This document shows, one piece after another, positions 1 through 11,462 of a DNA stretch of 64,000 nucleotides. The stretch is from Yuukianura sp. NJ FZ-2021 (taxonomy: Eukaryota). Each line of letters starts with the position of its first letter. Position 1 is the first letter of the stretch. The notes below the pieces were generated by a model. It saw only the letters and a list, made by a program, of their open reading frames with translations. It did no database searches and had not been told where the DNA came from. Made by a program: the position numbers and the translations under genes. Location of the stretch: NCBI GenBank assembly GCA_046563655.1, contig CM102289.1:5828001-5892000 (forward strand), in the 5' to 3' direction.

Positions 1-1537
1 TTTTCAAAACTTTTCCTTGAGGCAATGTTTTCCTTAATGTTTTTTATGTAAAATTTTTGTGAGCATTGCTCCACTTCCTTGAATCAAAAGCCCGGATCTG
101 CACAATTACTTCTGCACGGGAGAGGTCAAGTCAAAAAACAATTCGTTTTGAGGGCACTGCCCACATTTCAAAAACTTCCTGCTTTGCAACTTTTTTTTTT
201 CAAAAGTTTTCACAATTCAAATTATAAGCTTCGAACAATAGGTTTCTCTGGAACCGTGTCACGTCACTCTAGAAAACTGGACTAAAACTCCGACTAGCCT
301 TGATGAGGCCTTTGCGTGTTCAAGAGCCATTGAGGCGGGAAGGCTCGAACTGTCGGAACGTAATGGAGCTCAAAATTCCCTCGGCCACTGCACTTTTACC
401 CAGCCATTTGACACGTCCAATGTTTACCATCCGTCGAATAATGAGCCACGAGCTCTGTTCTTGACCAATTTGAGCGTTCAATGGCAGAAATTATTGGCTG
501 AAAGTATGAATTAGAAATGAATTCACATGAACTAGACTTTTAGAAGAACGTCATACTAGAACATAGGATTTCGAAAAGGAAAATTCCTGTGAAGAGAAAA
601 TCAATAACCAGTTGACATTTTGTATACAATCGATACATGGAGCCTTTCCAGATCCTGCTTTTTCTGGAGGTCATCGTTATAAATTTATGGCATTTTGGAA
701 AGAAATGACACGGAAAAGCTAGGCCTTGGAAAGACAAGGATGTTTCAGTTTGATTTTTGGAGTTATATTTTTAGAACGTTGGTTTCAAAATAGTTAATAA
801 TGAATTAGGATATTGGAACATGAAAACAAGGTGACACAGTTACACAAATTAGACCAAATCATGCAGACAATTGTTTCGAATTGGGAAATTGATTTCATGA
901 TTTTGTGTATTATGCTCTGAACAATAGGTTATATAACTTCGGTTATATAATCTATACAATCCAGTAAATTAAGGTGAAAACAATTAACTGGGAGGATTAC
1001 ACAATTTCGTAATGATCTTTAGAAAATAATTGAGAAAAGATCAACTAGGTTCTTAATCTTAACTACAGAGATTGTCATCGCCATTAAGATTAAGATGATG
1101 GGGATCTATTGTGCAATTCATTAGCATAGTTACCATTGAAACAGAAATCGTTGGAGTTTGACTATAGCTACTTAAAAAATTGAATTAAAAAATAGCAAGT
1201 ATTATAGTGCATTATTATAGTGTTTCAATTTTTTTTTGTTAAAAAGTGTAACAAGATGAAATTAATTTCACTTTTTCTTTATTTGGTGTTGTAAATACAT
1301 TTTGATATAAAGCTAAAAATCTAACTTGGGTAACGTGAGAACTAATTTTCCCGCGAAATTCAAATTAGGCAAACCTTGACATTTGGAAAAAAAAACAACA
1401 CAACACAAACGAACGAATAATTTATTTTCTGCTCTTATGGTTTTTGTAGAAATTTTGTATTGATCAACCCTTTAATTCCTAATTTTAATTGACTTGACTA
1501 TAATTAATTAATCAAACTAACTTAGTTTAGTGAAAAG

Positions 1538-3238
1538 ATGTCGAATCTCGGGAACGAGCGTATTAGCAGTCCTGCACCGACGTATTTTTACGTAGGACGA
1601 GCAGCGCCCGAGACAAGTGGACGGGTTCACGCCGTTTATGCTGGTATTTTGGTATTGGCAAAGTTGTGTTCATCGTTCTCTATTTTTCTATTGGCCAATT
1701 TCATCAACACTAAGCTGTCCCATACTGTGCCTTGGATTGGAAATGGTCGAATAGTTCGTATGGGAATTCTGGCAGACTTTTCAGCCATTGTGCAAATTTT
1801 AACATTCATACAATTCGGGTAAGTATTGATTAATTTGGAATTGGATCAACAAGGAAGTTATTAGTTATAATATAATCAATCAAGTAGTGAATTTTGTGTC
1901 TCAGATCCGGTCTCCTCTTCTTAATAATCTTGAATGTACTCAAGCAAAACACGTTGCCAAAATTTGGATTAAAAGACATATGCAGTTGCAGAGACGTGTA
2001 CTGGATACGACTAGTAGTTTACTCATTTTGCTCAACGATTTTACTGTTTCTTCGGTTTGGTGGTATCCAACTTTGTGGGCCATTTCGAACTGTTTTCGTA
2101 GGTACATACTACGACATGACTCTAGCGACGCTTGCCAGTGTTTGCCTTTGTAAGTCCAGAAAAAAAAATTACTCACACAAAGCACAGTTGATATAGTATG
2201 AATACGTTCATAAGATTACTTCATTTCTTACAGTTAGATCAAGATTGAACCCGCATTTGTACGGAGTTGCCTTGTTTGCCTTAGGAGTCTTTCTGGAATA
2301 TGCATTTGATGACTCTCATTTGGATCATGCCGACGAACCCTGGCATCGAGTTACTAATTATGTAATGCAGACTAATACAAACTGAGAAAGAATGTTTTAC
2401 GTATTACTCTTGAAATATCTTCTAGATTGGCCTCTCAATGTTACTTTTTTCTGCATTTCTAAAATACGGATTCGCTGGAATCGGATTCACAACAAGCCTT
2501 GTGAAGGACTCTGGAGGAGTTATACCGCTTCATAGTGCCTCTACTGTAATCTCAGGATCGGTTCTTCTCGTCTTGTCATTGGTTCATCTCATGACTGGGG
2601 TAAGTTTCTTTAACGGCTTAAAAACAATGCATCGATTACTTTCCGTTTGTTGTAATTTTTTTTTCAATTTTTAGGGAGACCTCATATTTTTCCACTTACT
2701 GCCTGTCTCCTTCATAATAATATTTGGATTTGTCATTGACTTTTATGTTGACGAAGTTGTTGTAAAAAGGTAAGTTCAAGTTCGCCTTAAATATCGAGTT
2801 ACTTAATTTTGCAGCTTTGAAACAACGTTGTACGTTTTCAGAATGGATCCGACTCTTGCGACCAGAATCGGAACGACTGCAAGCTTCTTCTCGGCATTTA
2901 TTTTTGTGCTAGTTTTATCCCAGATCGGAACGGCGTCAGCACCAGGTCTGTTCTCCCTTCTTGCATTTGGCATCATCTACGTCGGTAAGATTACTACATT
3001 TTATTTTCACGATTTAATTATCTTATCACGGTTTATCACCTATTCTTGGTTTCTAGCAACGTTTTTTCTAACAACTGGAACTGGTGCCGTTGATCGTTCC
3101 GGTTTCGTCTATTCCAGTCTTGGTGATGGACTACCGCACGTTTTTAAATCTTCAGATCAAATGACACGACCAGCCAGTCAAACAGATCTCACGAACCCGA
3201 ATGGAAAGAGTGCTCATTCCGCAGTGCTAATAGCATAA
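1538..3238 (+). CDS. 7-exon multi-pass membrane protein similar to the N-terminal membrane domain of zinc transporter ZnT5/SLC30A5; no cation-efflux (CDF) domain
   Basis: Exons join in frame at GT-AG sites (1538-1818, 1905-2149, 2234-~2361, ~2426-2599, ~2675-2769, ~2842-2984, ~3057-3238). Motifs FGGIQLCGPFRT, EYAFDD, KDSGGV, VIDFYVDEVVVKRMD and YSSLGDGLPH are colinear with remembered ZnT5 segments FGLTLCGPLRT, LLFDND, VDVGGA, ILDFYVDSICSVKME and YNFMGDAFQH. Confidence 0.75.
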
Positions 3239-3512
3239 GATACACGTTTAATGTCAAGGATGCCGGAGCCCAGGTCATCCATCTCAAAGGGATGAACCTA
3301 ACCTTATATTTTTCTACTGTGATACGAAAGTCATCAGTTCCAACAACCTCTGTGACACAACGTTAACCCCCTTATGCAATAATTTAATTGAATATGTATA
3401 GGGATCCATTTAGGTCTTATAAATTATTTATCTGCCTTAACCTTATTTAGGTAATGTTGACTAAACTCTAGCTTTGAGCAACTCAATGTGTAGAAAATCA
3501 TTCTACTCTTAC

Positions 3513-3720
3513 TTATTCAAGTAGGCGGTAAATATCAAGGAATAAGTCTAGGTCAAGGTTTGTTCCCAAGCTGTACACCGTCGGTTTCTTGAGACATAGG
3601 ATCAGTAGACATTCAAAAACGTAATTTTCGAGGATACGCCACCACAAAACGTATATTTTCTTACCAAACAAAAGGAATTTGTTGAACATTTCGAATAGCA
3701 GAAATGGATTGGGAAACGTA
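3513..3720 (-). pseudogene. Diverged duplicate of the last exon of the neighbouring Cys-rich gene
   Basis: PNPFLLFEMFNKFLLFGKKIYVLWWRILENYVFECLLILCLKKPTVYSLGTNLDLD aligns with PIPVFLLKKIFKKIFLVLKKMYLLCWILLKIYVLKVFIIFCLKEMAAYYFGVHLDID in ORF 4503-4889. No matching upstream exons were found. Confidence 0.5.
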
Positions 3721-4502
3721 GTTTCAACACCTTGACTAACCTTGTCACATTTTTTTTTTGTAAAACTTTTGAATTGCACTTAGATGATAACAATTTTTGG
3801 AATTTTCAGAAATGGAAATTATAAGTACGCCGACACTTTTTAAATCGAAATATTTCGTTTCTTTTATTTCTCAGGAAAATGCGGGACCTACGCGTTTGGT
3901 TTTTAGCTCCTGTCTGCCGATGAATTTTAAGAATCAAATGGTTGAGTGGTCAATCCAAGTAAATTTTTTGAAAAGGTTTAACATTTATGAAATATGATGG
4001 AGGAAACCCAATGGTGTGAACCAATTCGTAATTAAAGTGTCATGTGACTCCAACTTTTAGTTGACAGCTACACTTGACACTCGTCTTCGAAGGAAAATTA
4101 TAAATCACTACTTTGAATTTAAATTCATTCATTTCTTTTTAATGAAAAATTATAGGTGTCTAAAGTGACATCAATTTAGTTCTTACTTAAAACATTTTGA
4201 TGAAAGATTTTGTACGCTTTCCTTCAAATTGAGACAATACAAACAATTCTCGAGTTTCGCACATTCACTCACTTTGATTGTGCTTTAAGAAATGCTGCGT
4301 GAAAGAATCGGCGCATGCGTTTTGGAAAATGCAAAAACAAAAACTCATTCTTATTACTTTGACAAGTTTTCGCAATTAATTGAAGTAATTAACATTAAGT
4401 AGCGTTACTTATCCTGTGATTTGAACATATTTAGTTAATTAATTAAGTATTCAATTAATTAACTGAGCTTAACTTACCGTACAAGGTAACAATAACATTG
4501 CT

Positions 4503-5629
4503 TTAGAGGAGCCATTTTACAAAAGTGAAGATTCTGTGGATATCGGCATAGTCAATGTCCAAATGGACTCCGAAGTAGTAGGCTGCCATTTCCTTGAGGC
4601 AGAATATGATGAATACTTTGAGAACATAGATTTTGAGCAGAATCCAACACAGTAAGTACATTTTCTTGAGCACAAGGAAAATTTTCTTAAAAATTTTCTT
4701 GAGCAGAAAAACAGGAATGGGAATGAAATTTCCATTTGAGCCAGGTAGAGCGATCGGTGGAATTACTGGAGGAATTGTTGGAACTACACAAGGTTGTGCT
4801 GGACAAAGACACGTACATACACGGAATCTGCGCATTGGGTCATCCGCAGCTTCATTTTCCTTGCAAAGTTGCCCTCTGAGGTTGCCCAAAACAAAATTTT
4901 TCTGTTAAAGTTGCTTTCTGGAGAAAATTAAATTATGACAAACCCACCCAAAACCTCCAGTACAAGCGCCGGCGCACATCGCTTGGCAATCGGCTTCATC
5001 GTTAGGATTTTGAAATGGACCGCCCGCCAGAGGGCAGTAATCTCCACCAAGAGCTTGTGGCGGCGGTGGAGCAACCGGCTAAAGGAAATTTCAAATGCTA
5101 AATTTCGAATCTTGGAGAATACATCGGTGTTTAAGTTCAGATGCTCGTCGATTTCAACTTACGCCATTGTAGCAAGCTGGAGTGCAGAGACACATTCCGG
5201 CGGCATTGCAAACATTAGATGGCCCCCTGGGGTTAGGGTCACATGCATGGTCACCTTGAACAAAGTATATGTTAGGTAAAACAAAGTAAAAGATTATTTA
5301 CTATTAGCGGTAAATGATAAAAGTTGACCTTTTGACCTTAACGTTAACTTACAATACGTGTGGTCACCACCTACGGCCATTTGATGGTCTACGAGGAACG
5401 GGTCGTTGCATGTCATAATATAAGTTTGAGCGGTAACCTTTAAATGCAAAAAAAAATGAATTTTCTGAAGTGTAACATTATTTTCCGCTCAACATTTATT
5501 TTGGAGTGAAAAAATTTGGTTTTCTTATTCAAAATTTAATTAACAGAAATTTTTACCTGTTTGAGTATTGAGTAGGTTGAAAATATGGCAATACCAAGTT
5601 TAAATTTTATCCAACTGCGTAAAACCATG
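4503..5629 (-). CDS. Multi-exon Cys/Pro-rich protein with a basic-hydrophobic C-terminus; possibly frameshifted
   Basis: Exon-like GC-richer blocks read CNDPFLVDHQMAVGGDHTYC / DHACDPNPRGPSNVCNAAGMCLCTPACYNG / PVAPPPPQALGGDYCPLAGGPFQNPNDEADCQAMCAGACTG / ...VCTCLCPAQPCVVPTIPPVIPP. A candidate first exon MVLRSWIKFKLGIAIFSTYSILKQ ends at a GT donor. Splice phases do not all reconcile. Confidence 0.45.
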
Positions 5630-5862
5630 TTTCTAAAGAATTTCAATTTGGCCCAAGAAAAAATCGAATAGCACTTTTCGACTTTTCCTTTGGTTACTTT
5701 AAACTTCGAACTGTGCAACTTTTTTAGTGTTATCAAAATATGTAGGTACCTCTTTAAGCAACGTTTGGCTTAAGTTTGTTGACGTGTTCTCACGGTATCA
5801 GTGGAATATCAACTGTCAGTTGTCGAACAGTTGAGAAGTTTGGTTTTAAGTTTAGTCAAGTG

Positions 5863-5902
5863 AGTTCCCTTTTGTCTGTCACAGTTCCCTTTTGTCTGTC
5901 AC
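5863..5902 (+). repeat. Perfect 2 x 20 bp tandem repeat at the LINE 5' end
   Basis: agttcccttttgtctgtcac occurs at 5863-5882 and 5883-5902. Confidence 0.95.
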
Positions 5903-6005
5903 TGACGTTGGTTGTGCACCTTTTTCTTTAAAAATAAGGAAAAAAAAAAAAAAACCTTTAAAACAGTAATAGTGTGTTGTCAACGACTGGTTGTTTGTAT
6001 TGAAA

Positions 6006-6908
6006 ATGACCAAAAATGGAAACAAGAAAAGGAAGGCAGAAGAGGAAATGGAGGAAGAACCCGTTTCCATGAAGGGAATTGAACGCTTAATGAAAGCAAA
6101 TTTGAGTGACATCAAACACGAAATTGAAGGAATTAGAAATGACATTGGTGGAATCCAAGCTAGTGTTCAAGAAGTAAAAAGTGAGTTAAAGTGCATGTCT
6201 GAAAGAGTGTCTAAAATTGAAAACCATCAGGAAGGGATTGATGACATTATTTCCAAAGTGGAAGAAACGCTGGAAAATGTGGAAATTTTGGCTAGAAAAC
6301 AGAATCTTGTCATCTTCGGCTTGAGTGAAAAAATGAATGAAACTGAAAGTGATTTGCGAAGTGAGATCTACAGACTTTTTGAAGGACCATTGGAACTAGA
6401 AGAGGGTACAGTGCCAGTGGATACTTGTGTCCGACTTGGGAAGCCATTACCAAATCGCCCGAGAGTCGTCAAAGTTAGATTTTGTACCGAAAATCACCGA
6501 AATCTTGTACTGAGCAGAGGATCGATGCTACATAAAAAGAAAATGAAAATCTACATCAATGAAGATCTGCCAGCATCAATTCAAACGAAAAGGAAGAAAC
6601 TTAGAGCGGAAGCGGCCAAAGCGAGACAACTGGGGAAGGTCGTCAAGGTCATGGGTGACAGGATTGTCGTCAATGGAGTCATTTTCGTATTGGGATCAAA
6701 TGGAGCACTGAAAGAGTGGGAACCACGTCAATCAATGCTGGTGCAAATGGCGTCTACCAGGCGAAGATTTACAACTGGAAGTTCATCCCCATTAATTCGA
6801 CCGGCAAATTTTACACCAAATCGAATCGGTCAACAACCTGCTAGAATGGAGTTGGAGGAAGGAGAAGGGAGTCGCGTGCAAGCCACTGGATCATCTAAAC
6901 GTATTTAA
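6006..6908 (+). CDS. LINE ORF1 (coiled coil plus L1 ORF1-like RRM/CTD)
   Basis: Heptad-rich N-terminus, then RKQNLVIFGLSE, RLGK...RPRVVKVRF and IYINEDL, typical of L1-like ORF1 proteins. First ATG is at 6006. Confidence 0.85.
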   Translation: MTKNGNKKRKAEEEMEEEPVSMKGIERLMKANLSDIKHEIEGIRNDIGGIQASVQEVKSELKCMSERVSKIENHQEGIDDIISKVEETLENVEILARKQNLVIFGLSEKMNETESDLRSEIYRLFEGPLELEEGTVPVDTCVRLGKPLPNRPRVVKVRFCTENHRNLVLSRGSMLHKKKMKIYINEDLPASIQTKRKKLRAEAAKARQLGKVVKVMGDRIVVNGVIFVLGSNGALKEWEPRQSMLVQMASTRRRFTTGSSSPLIRPANFTPNRIGQQPARMELEEGEGSRVQATGSSKRI

Positions 6909-9741
6909 CACTAACACAAAAAATGTAAGTCAAAAAATAAAATTAGCTCACCAGAATGTGTGTTCCTATGAAAAAAAGGTAAAACAACTAGAAAATATGA
7001 TAAATTTAGAACATGTAGATATTTTATGTCTGTCGGAAACTTGGTTGAAAGAAGGTGCAGGAGCCATTGTTCCAAATGGTTTTCATTTCTACAGAAAAGA
7101 TAGAGTACAAAAAAGAGGAGGGGGAGTTGGAATTTTATGCAAGAAAACCTTAAAAGTGAACGAGTTTTACATAGATGAAAATGAGTTTAAATTACCTTGC
7201 TCCTTAGAATATATGTGCAAAAAAGTCCAACTCGAATTTTTCAAAACTATTGTTGTTTGTGTTGTATACATTCCAGACAAAAAATTGAATTGTGCTGATG
7301 TGTACAATTTAGAGCTGATTTTTCAACAATTAATTCGCTCAAATCGAGTATTTTTTGTCTTGGGAGATCTAAATCGAGATTTTTTCAAGACGGATAAGTG
7401 CACGAAGCAAATGAAAAGACTTTTTGAAAAATTATCTTTACGTCAATTAGTGAAAGAGCAAACGAGAAGTTTGGCGTTGTTAGACTATGTTGTAACTAAT
7501 GATGAGACAGTAAATGATGCTCAAGTAAGTGAATTTGGAATTTCAGATCACGTTCTTAGTAGTATTGAGTACAAATATAAAAAGGTCAAACAGAAAATGA
7601 AATTTGAAGAGAAAAGAAATTTTTCTGAAATTGATTTAATTGAGCTGAATCTAATAATGGTAAAAGAAGTCCTTATCTTAGATAACGAAGAATCAAGTGA
7701 AATGTTGTTTAACAATTTCACAAAACAAATTGAAGACATTTTTAATAAAGTCGCGCCGAAAAGAAGAAAAAAAGTTAAAGAAAGTTCAAATCTCAATGTT
7801 GACCTTAATCCTGAAATGGAGTCTTTGTATAAAAAGGCGAATGACTTGAGAAAGAAGTTCTGTGCAACGAAAGTTGATTGCTTAAAGTTGGAATTAAAGA
7901 AAATAAAGAAGGAGATTAAACTAAAATTAAAAAAACACATTTCGGAGAAAGTCTTAAGGAAGCTCAAAACGAATAACGTGTGGGATGTCTTAAAAACTGA
8001 ATTTCAATTTGATGTTGAGAACAAATTTAAAGGCGATAATGAAAACATCTTTGATCCCGATGAATTAAATGAGTTTTATGTGAAAAATTCCTTTGAAGTT
8101 GATGTTGTACCATACGACACACTGGAAAGTATAACAAAATGTATAAAGTCTGATGACTTGTTTTTTGTTAAAGAAATCTCAACTGAAGATATTAAAAAGA
8201 CATGGAAAAATATGAAGAAAAAAAATTCAGAATTGGAAATACTGGGTGTCAGTAAGAAAATGTTTAACGTTTTGATGAACTTTCAAAATTTTGTAGAATT
8301 TTTTAGAAATTTTTGTGAAATCATTTTTGAAAAAGGCAATATACCACCCCAACTTAAAGTGACAAAAATTATCCCAATACCAAAAATAAAGCAACCAAAA
8401 AAACCAAAAGATCTAAGACCTATTGGAATTTCACACTTTATAATGATTTTTCTTGAAAAAATATATGTGAAAAGAGTGATGGAGCACATAAATTCAAACA
8501 ATTTTCTGAGTAATTATCAGTTTGGTTGTAGAAAAAAACATTCTACTGAACATGCTATGATTTATGGAATCGATTATATAAAAAAAGAGGTGAGTTTGGG
8601 TAAAGTATGTGCGATGGTCAATATTGACCTTCGAAATGCTTTCCCAAGTGTTCACAGGGAGATGCTTTTGGAAAAACTCAAGGAACAATTTCGGATTTCT
8701 GATTTCTGGCTTCGTGATTACTTTGGTAACCGATTTCAGTTTGTGGAGTTATTAAATCAAAAGTCAAGGTTACTTAAAAATCCCACGGGATTAATTCAAG
8801 GAAGTGTCCTAGGACCGATTTTCTTCACGTATTTCATAAATGATCTTAAACTGGTGATACATAATGGGAAACTTATTATTTTTGTGGATGACACGAGTAT
8901 CATATTTGTATGTGACAAAAAAGAAATTGATGAAATGGTGGAAAAAATAAACCAGGATATGGTCCGACTAATGGAGTGGATAAAAAATAACAAATTGATG
9001 ATTAATGAAGAAAAAACAAAGCTTTTATTTTTTGGTAGTAAATGTGGCTCAATTAAGAAGGAAATTTTGCTTAATGCAACGTCTGTTGGACAGAGTGAGA
9101 GTGTGAAAATGCTGGGTCTCATAGTCAACTCAAACTTAAAGTGGGATGATCAAGTAAATTGTGTTGTAAAAAAATGCTATTGTGTAATGGGATGTATTTA
9201 CAAGTACAAAGAATACTTACCACTACAGTCCAGACGAATTGTACTGGAAGCTTTGGTTTTGTCGGTAATCCAATATATGATTGTTGTATGGGGTGAAACA
9301 ACAAAAAAAAATTTGAAGAAAGTGGAAAAAGTTTTGAGAACAATGGCTAGGATGGCATTGGATAAAAGAAAATTCGACCAAGTTTCCGAAGACATGACAG
9401 AAAAGTTAAAGTGGTTATACCCTGAGTCATTATTTAGGTATAAAGTATTGGTATTTATGTACAAATTAATGAATGTAAATAGTGTAGAGGTATTTAAGAA
9501 TTATTATATAAAAGCTAATGAAATCCATAGGTATCCAACGTCAAATGCATGCGATAATACTAGAATTAGCTTAGGTAATTATAACAATAGGGGAAAGTTC
9601 GGAAGCGTAACCTTCCAAGCAAGGTCAATACAATTCTGGAATGAGCTTGATAAGGAAATTAGGGAAGCAAAAACTGTGATACAATTTAAACGTTTACTAA
9701 AAAATGACCTAATTAAGAAGCAATTAGCTAAATATATTTGA
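6796..9741 (+). CDS. LINE ORF2: APE endonuclease plus reverse transcriptase
   Basis: APE motifs HQNV, LSETW, GGGV, GDLN, LDY, SDH. RT motifs LRPI, QFGCR, DLRNAF, GLIQGSVLGP, FVDDT. The frame is open from 6796 and has no internal stops. Confidence 0.95.
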   Translation, partial: FDRQILHQIESVNNLLEWSWRKEKGVACKPLDHLNVFNTNTKNVSQKIKLAHQNVCSYEKKVKQLENMINLEHVDILCLSETWLKEGAGAIVPNGFHFYRKDRVQKRGGGVGILCKKTLKVNEFYIDENEFKLPCSLEYMCKKVQLEFFKTIVVCVVYIPDKKLNCADVYNLELIFQQLIRSNRVFFVLGDLNRDFFKTDKCTKQMKRLFEKLSLRQLVKEQTRSLALLDYVVTNDETVNDAQVSEFGISDHVLSSIEYKYKKVKQKMKFEEKRNFSEIDLIELNLIMVKEVLILDNEESSEMLFNNFTKQIEDIFNKVAPKRRKKVKESSNLNVDLNPEMESLYKKANDLRKKFCATKVDCLKLELKKIKKEIKLKLKKHISEKVLRKLKTNNVWDVLKTEFQFDVENKFKGDNENIFDPDELNEFYVKNSFEVDVVPYDTLESITKCIKSDDLFFVKEISTEDIKKTWKNMKKKNSELEILGVSKKMFNVLMNFQNFVEFFRNFCEIIFEKGNIPPQLKVTKIIPIPKIKQPKKPKDLRPIGISHFIMIFLEKIYVKRVMEHINSNNFLSNYQFGCRKKHSTEHAMIYGIDYIKKEVSLGKVCAMVNIDLRNAFPSVHREMLLEKLKEQFRISDFWLRDYFGNRFQFVELLNQKSRLLKNPTGLIQGSVLGPIFFTYFINDLKLVIHNGKLIIFVDDTSIIFVCDKKEIDEMVEKINQDMVRLMEWIKNNKLMINEEKTKLLFFGSKCGSIKKEILLNATSVGQSESVKMLGLIVNSNLKWDDQVNCVVKKCYCVMGCIYKYKEYLPLQSRRIVLEALVLSVIQYMIVVWGETTKKNLKKVEKVLRTMARMALDKRKFDQVSEDMTEKLKWLYPESLFRYKVLVFMYKLMNVNSVEVFKNYYIKANEIHRYPTSNACDNTRISLGNYNNRGKFGSVTFQARSIQFWNELDKEIREAKTVIQFKRLLKNDLIKKQLAKYI

Positions 9742-11462
9742 AAGAATTAATATTTTAAATTTAAAACTAAATTTTAAGTTATAGGTTTAAGTTAACTAGT
9801 GTATATAGATTAGTGTTTAGGTATTTAGTATTTAGTTAGTAATTATACGTAAAACCACAACCAATTACAAATTAGATTTAGAATAGCGTAAAACCACTTA
9901 GGTGGGGGCTGTCTGAATACTGGATGAAATTGCAATTATAAATGAAATCAAATAAATCATCTTTGAATTAAAAAAGTGAGTCCGTAAGTGATGAGCGTTT
10001 GTGAATTTCTTGAAGCCCGCCGTTTTTTCAAGAGAGTTTCTGCTGTCGTAATTAGGAAACGTTATAAAAAAGATAAACTAATGAAGTGAGGTTACAAACA
10101 TTTCTAGCATGGTGAGTGCAGCAATTTAAATTCCATTTGAATTAAACCGCGAAACGTTTTGATTTTACGCGTCTTTGACCACCGACAATGACGTCGGCAT
10201 GTTTTTAAACGGAAGATCAAAAACAAGGAACAAAAGGAAAATGGAAACTGCTTTTCAAAAGATCCCGCCGGCGGGAGCCCTTGCACGTCTCCACTGTCCG
10301 AATGAAGAAAGAGACTAGTGACACATATACTTCTATTTGGAAGTACCAATTCAAAACTTTGAATTCAAGTCCTAACACATTGAAAGAATTTAGAAAAAAA
10401 AAATTTAGTTTTGTATTTTTCAAGTTTTGTAGTTTGTGCCGAATTTTGATTCATTCTTAGCGGGAGATTTCAAAGCATATTAAAAATGAAGCCATGATTA
10501 TCCACTCCACATTCAATCAAAAAATAAAATAAAAAATTTAACAAAAAAGGTAGCGTTCAATTTTGAAAAGTATGTCCATTTTAAGAGGTTCGCATCGACT
10601 TTCTGAACTTTTGTATCAATTTTTATTCCACAGTCATCTTTGCGTACCAATTTTGGAAAGAGACACTCCAAAACCAATGGCTTAAAATTGGACATTGTTT
10701 AATTAAACACGGCTTTATTTGGTTAATTGAATAATTGACTAATTAACACCCTATACGTTGAGTAAGGCGTAAATAACCAAAACCAAAATTCATAGTTGAT
10801 TTCAGTTGAAAATGTTCTCAGATCAAATAATTTTTGTCACTAGTACGTTTTGATTTTTTTTGTAACAATTACTGAATCAGGAACAGTTTCGAAGTAATCG
10901 ATTTTTAAATCAAATTCTAGCGAGATTAAGTTTCAAAAAAAATCTACACAAATGTGTGCCTTATTTATAAGTCACACGTTTGCGTAGATTTTTTTTTTTG
11001 AATGGGTATTTATTAGACACCCGTTTTGACGATGCCATGATCATGCCAACTATTTTTACAACAATTTGTGCATGTGGTGAATGTCCCACGGAAGCCCGAA
11101 CTGCAACCTCAAGTTCTTCAATTTTTGGACCACAGCAGGGAACCACTTCTTTTGTTGTGCCATTTTTTGACAGCAATTACACCGAGTGCTGCACTAAGGG
11201 AATTTCGCTCAATCAAATGCAATCAATGGTATTGGAGTCCCAAGCCCAACAGTCAACCCCCAATTTGCTTTAAGTTTAGTATAGTTGAACTGCCCATACC
11301 CCAGATACTAGTAATATGTTTTACGGTGTTTCAGCAAGAAAAAAAAGTGTTGCAGTTTGAGGTCGTCGACTTAGAATTTCAAAAACAACTTATGTTTTAA
11401 TACTTTTTTCAAGCATTTTAATTGAAAAGGCGTTTTTTTTAGTTTGACATTGAAAACTCTTG

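Larger units (their letters stand above)
5863..9973 (+). mobile_element. Apparently full-length non-LTR retrotransposon (LINE; CR1/L2/Crack-like)
   Basis: Two intronless ORFs within intron-rich DNA; 3' UTR with AATAAA and a short A run; candidate target-site duplication AAGTG(AGT) at 5858-5865 and 9974-9981. Confidence 0.9.

Noticed and set aside
60..760. Possible 3' exons of a gene entering the window (open frame ~242-503)
   Set aside because: No recognisable domain, and splice phases could not be reconciled.
10980..11400. Exon-like, Cys-containing ORFs on the + strand
   Set aside because: No recognisable motif or consistent frame; could be a small gene or remnant but cannot be supported.
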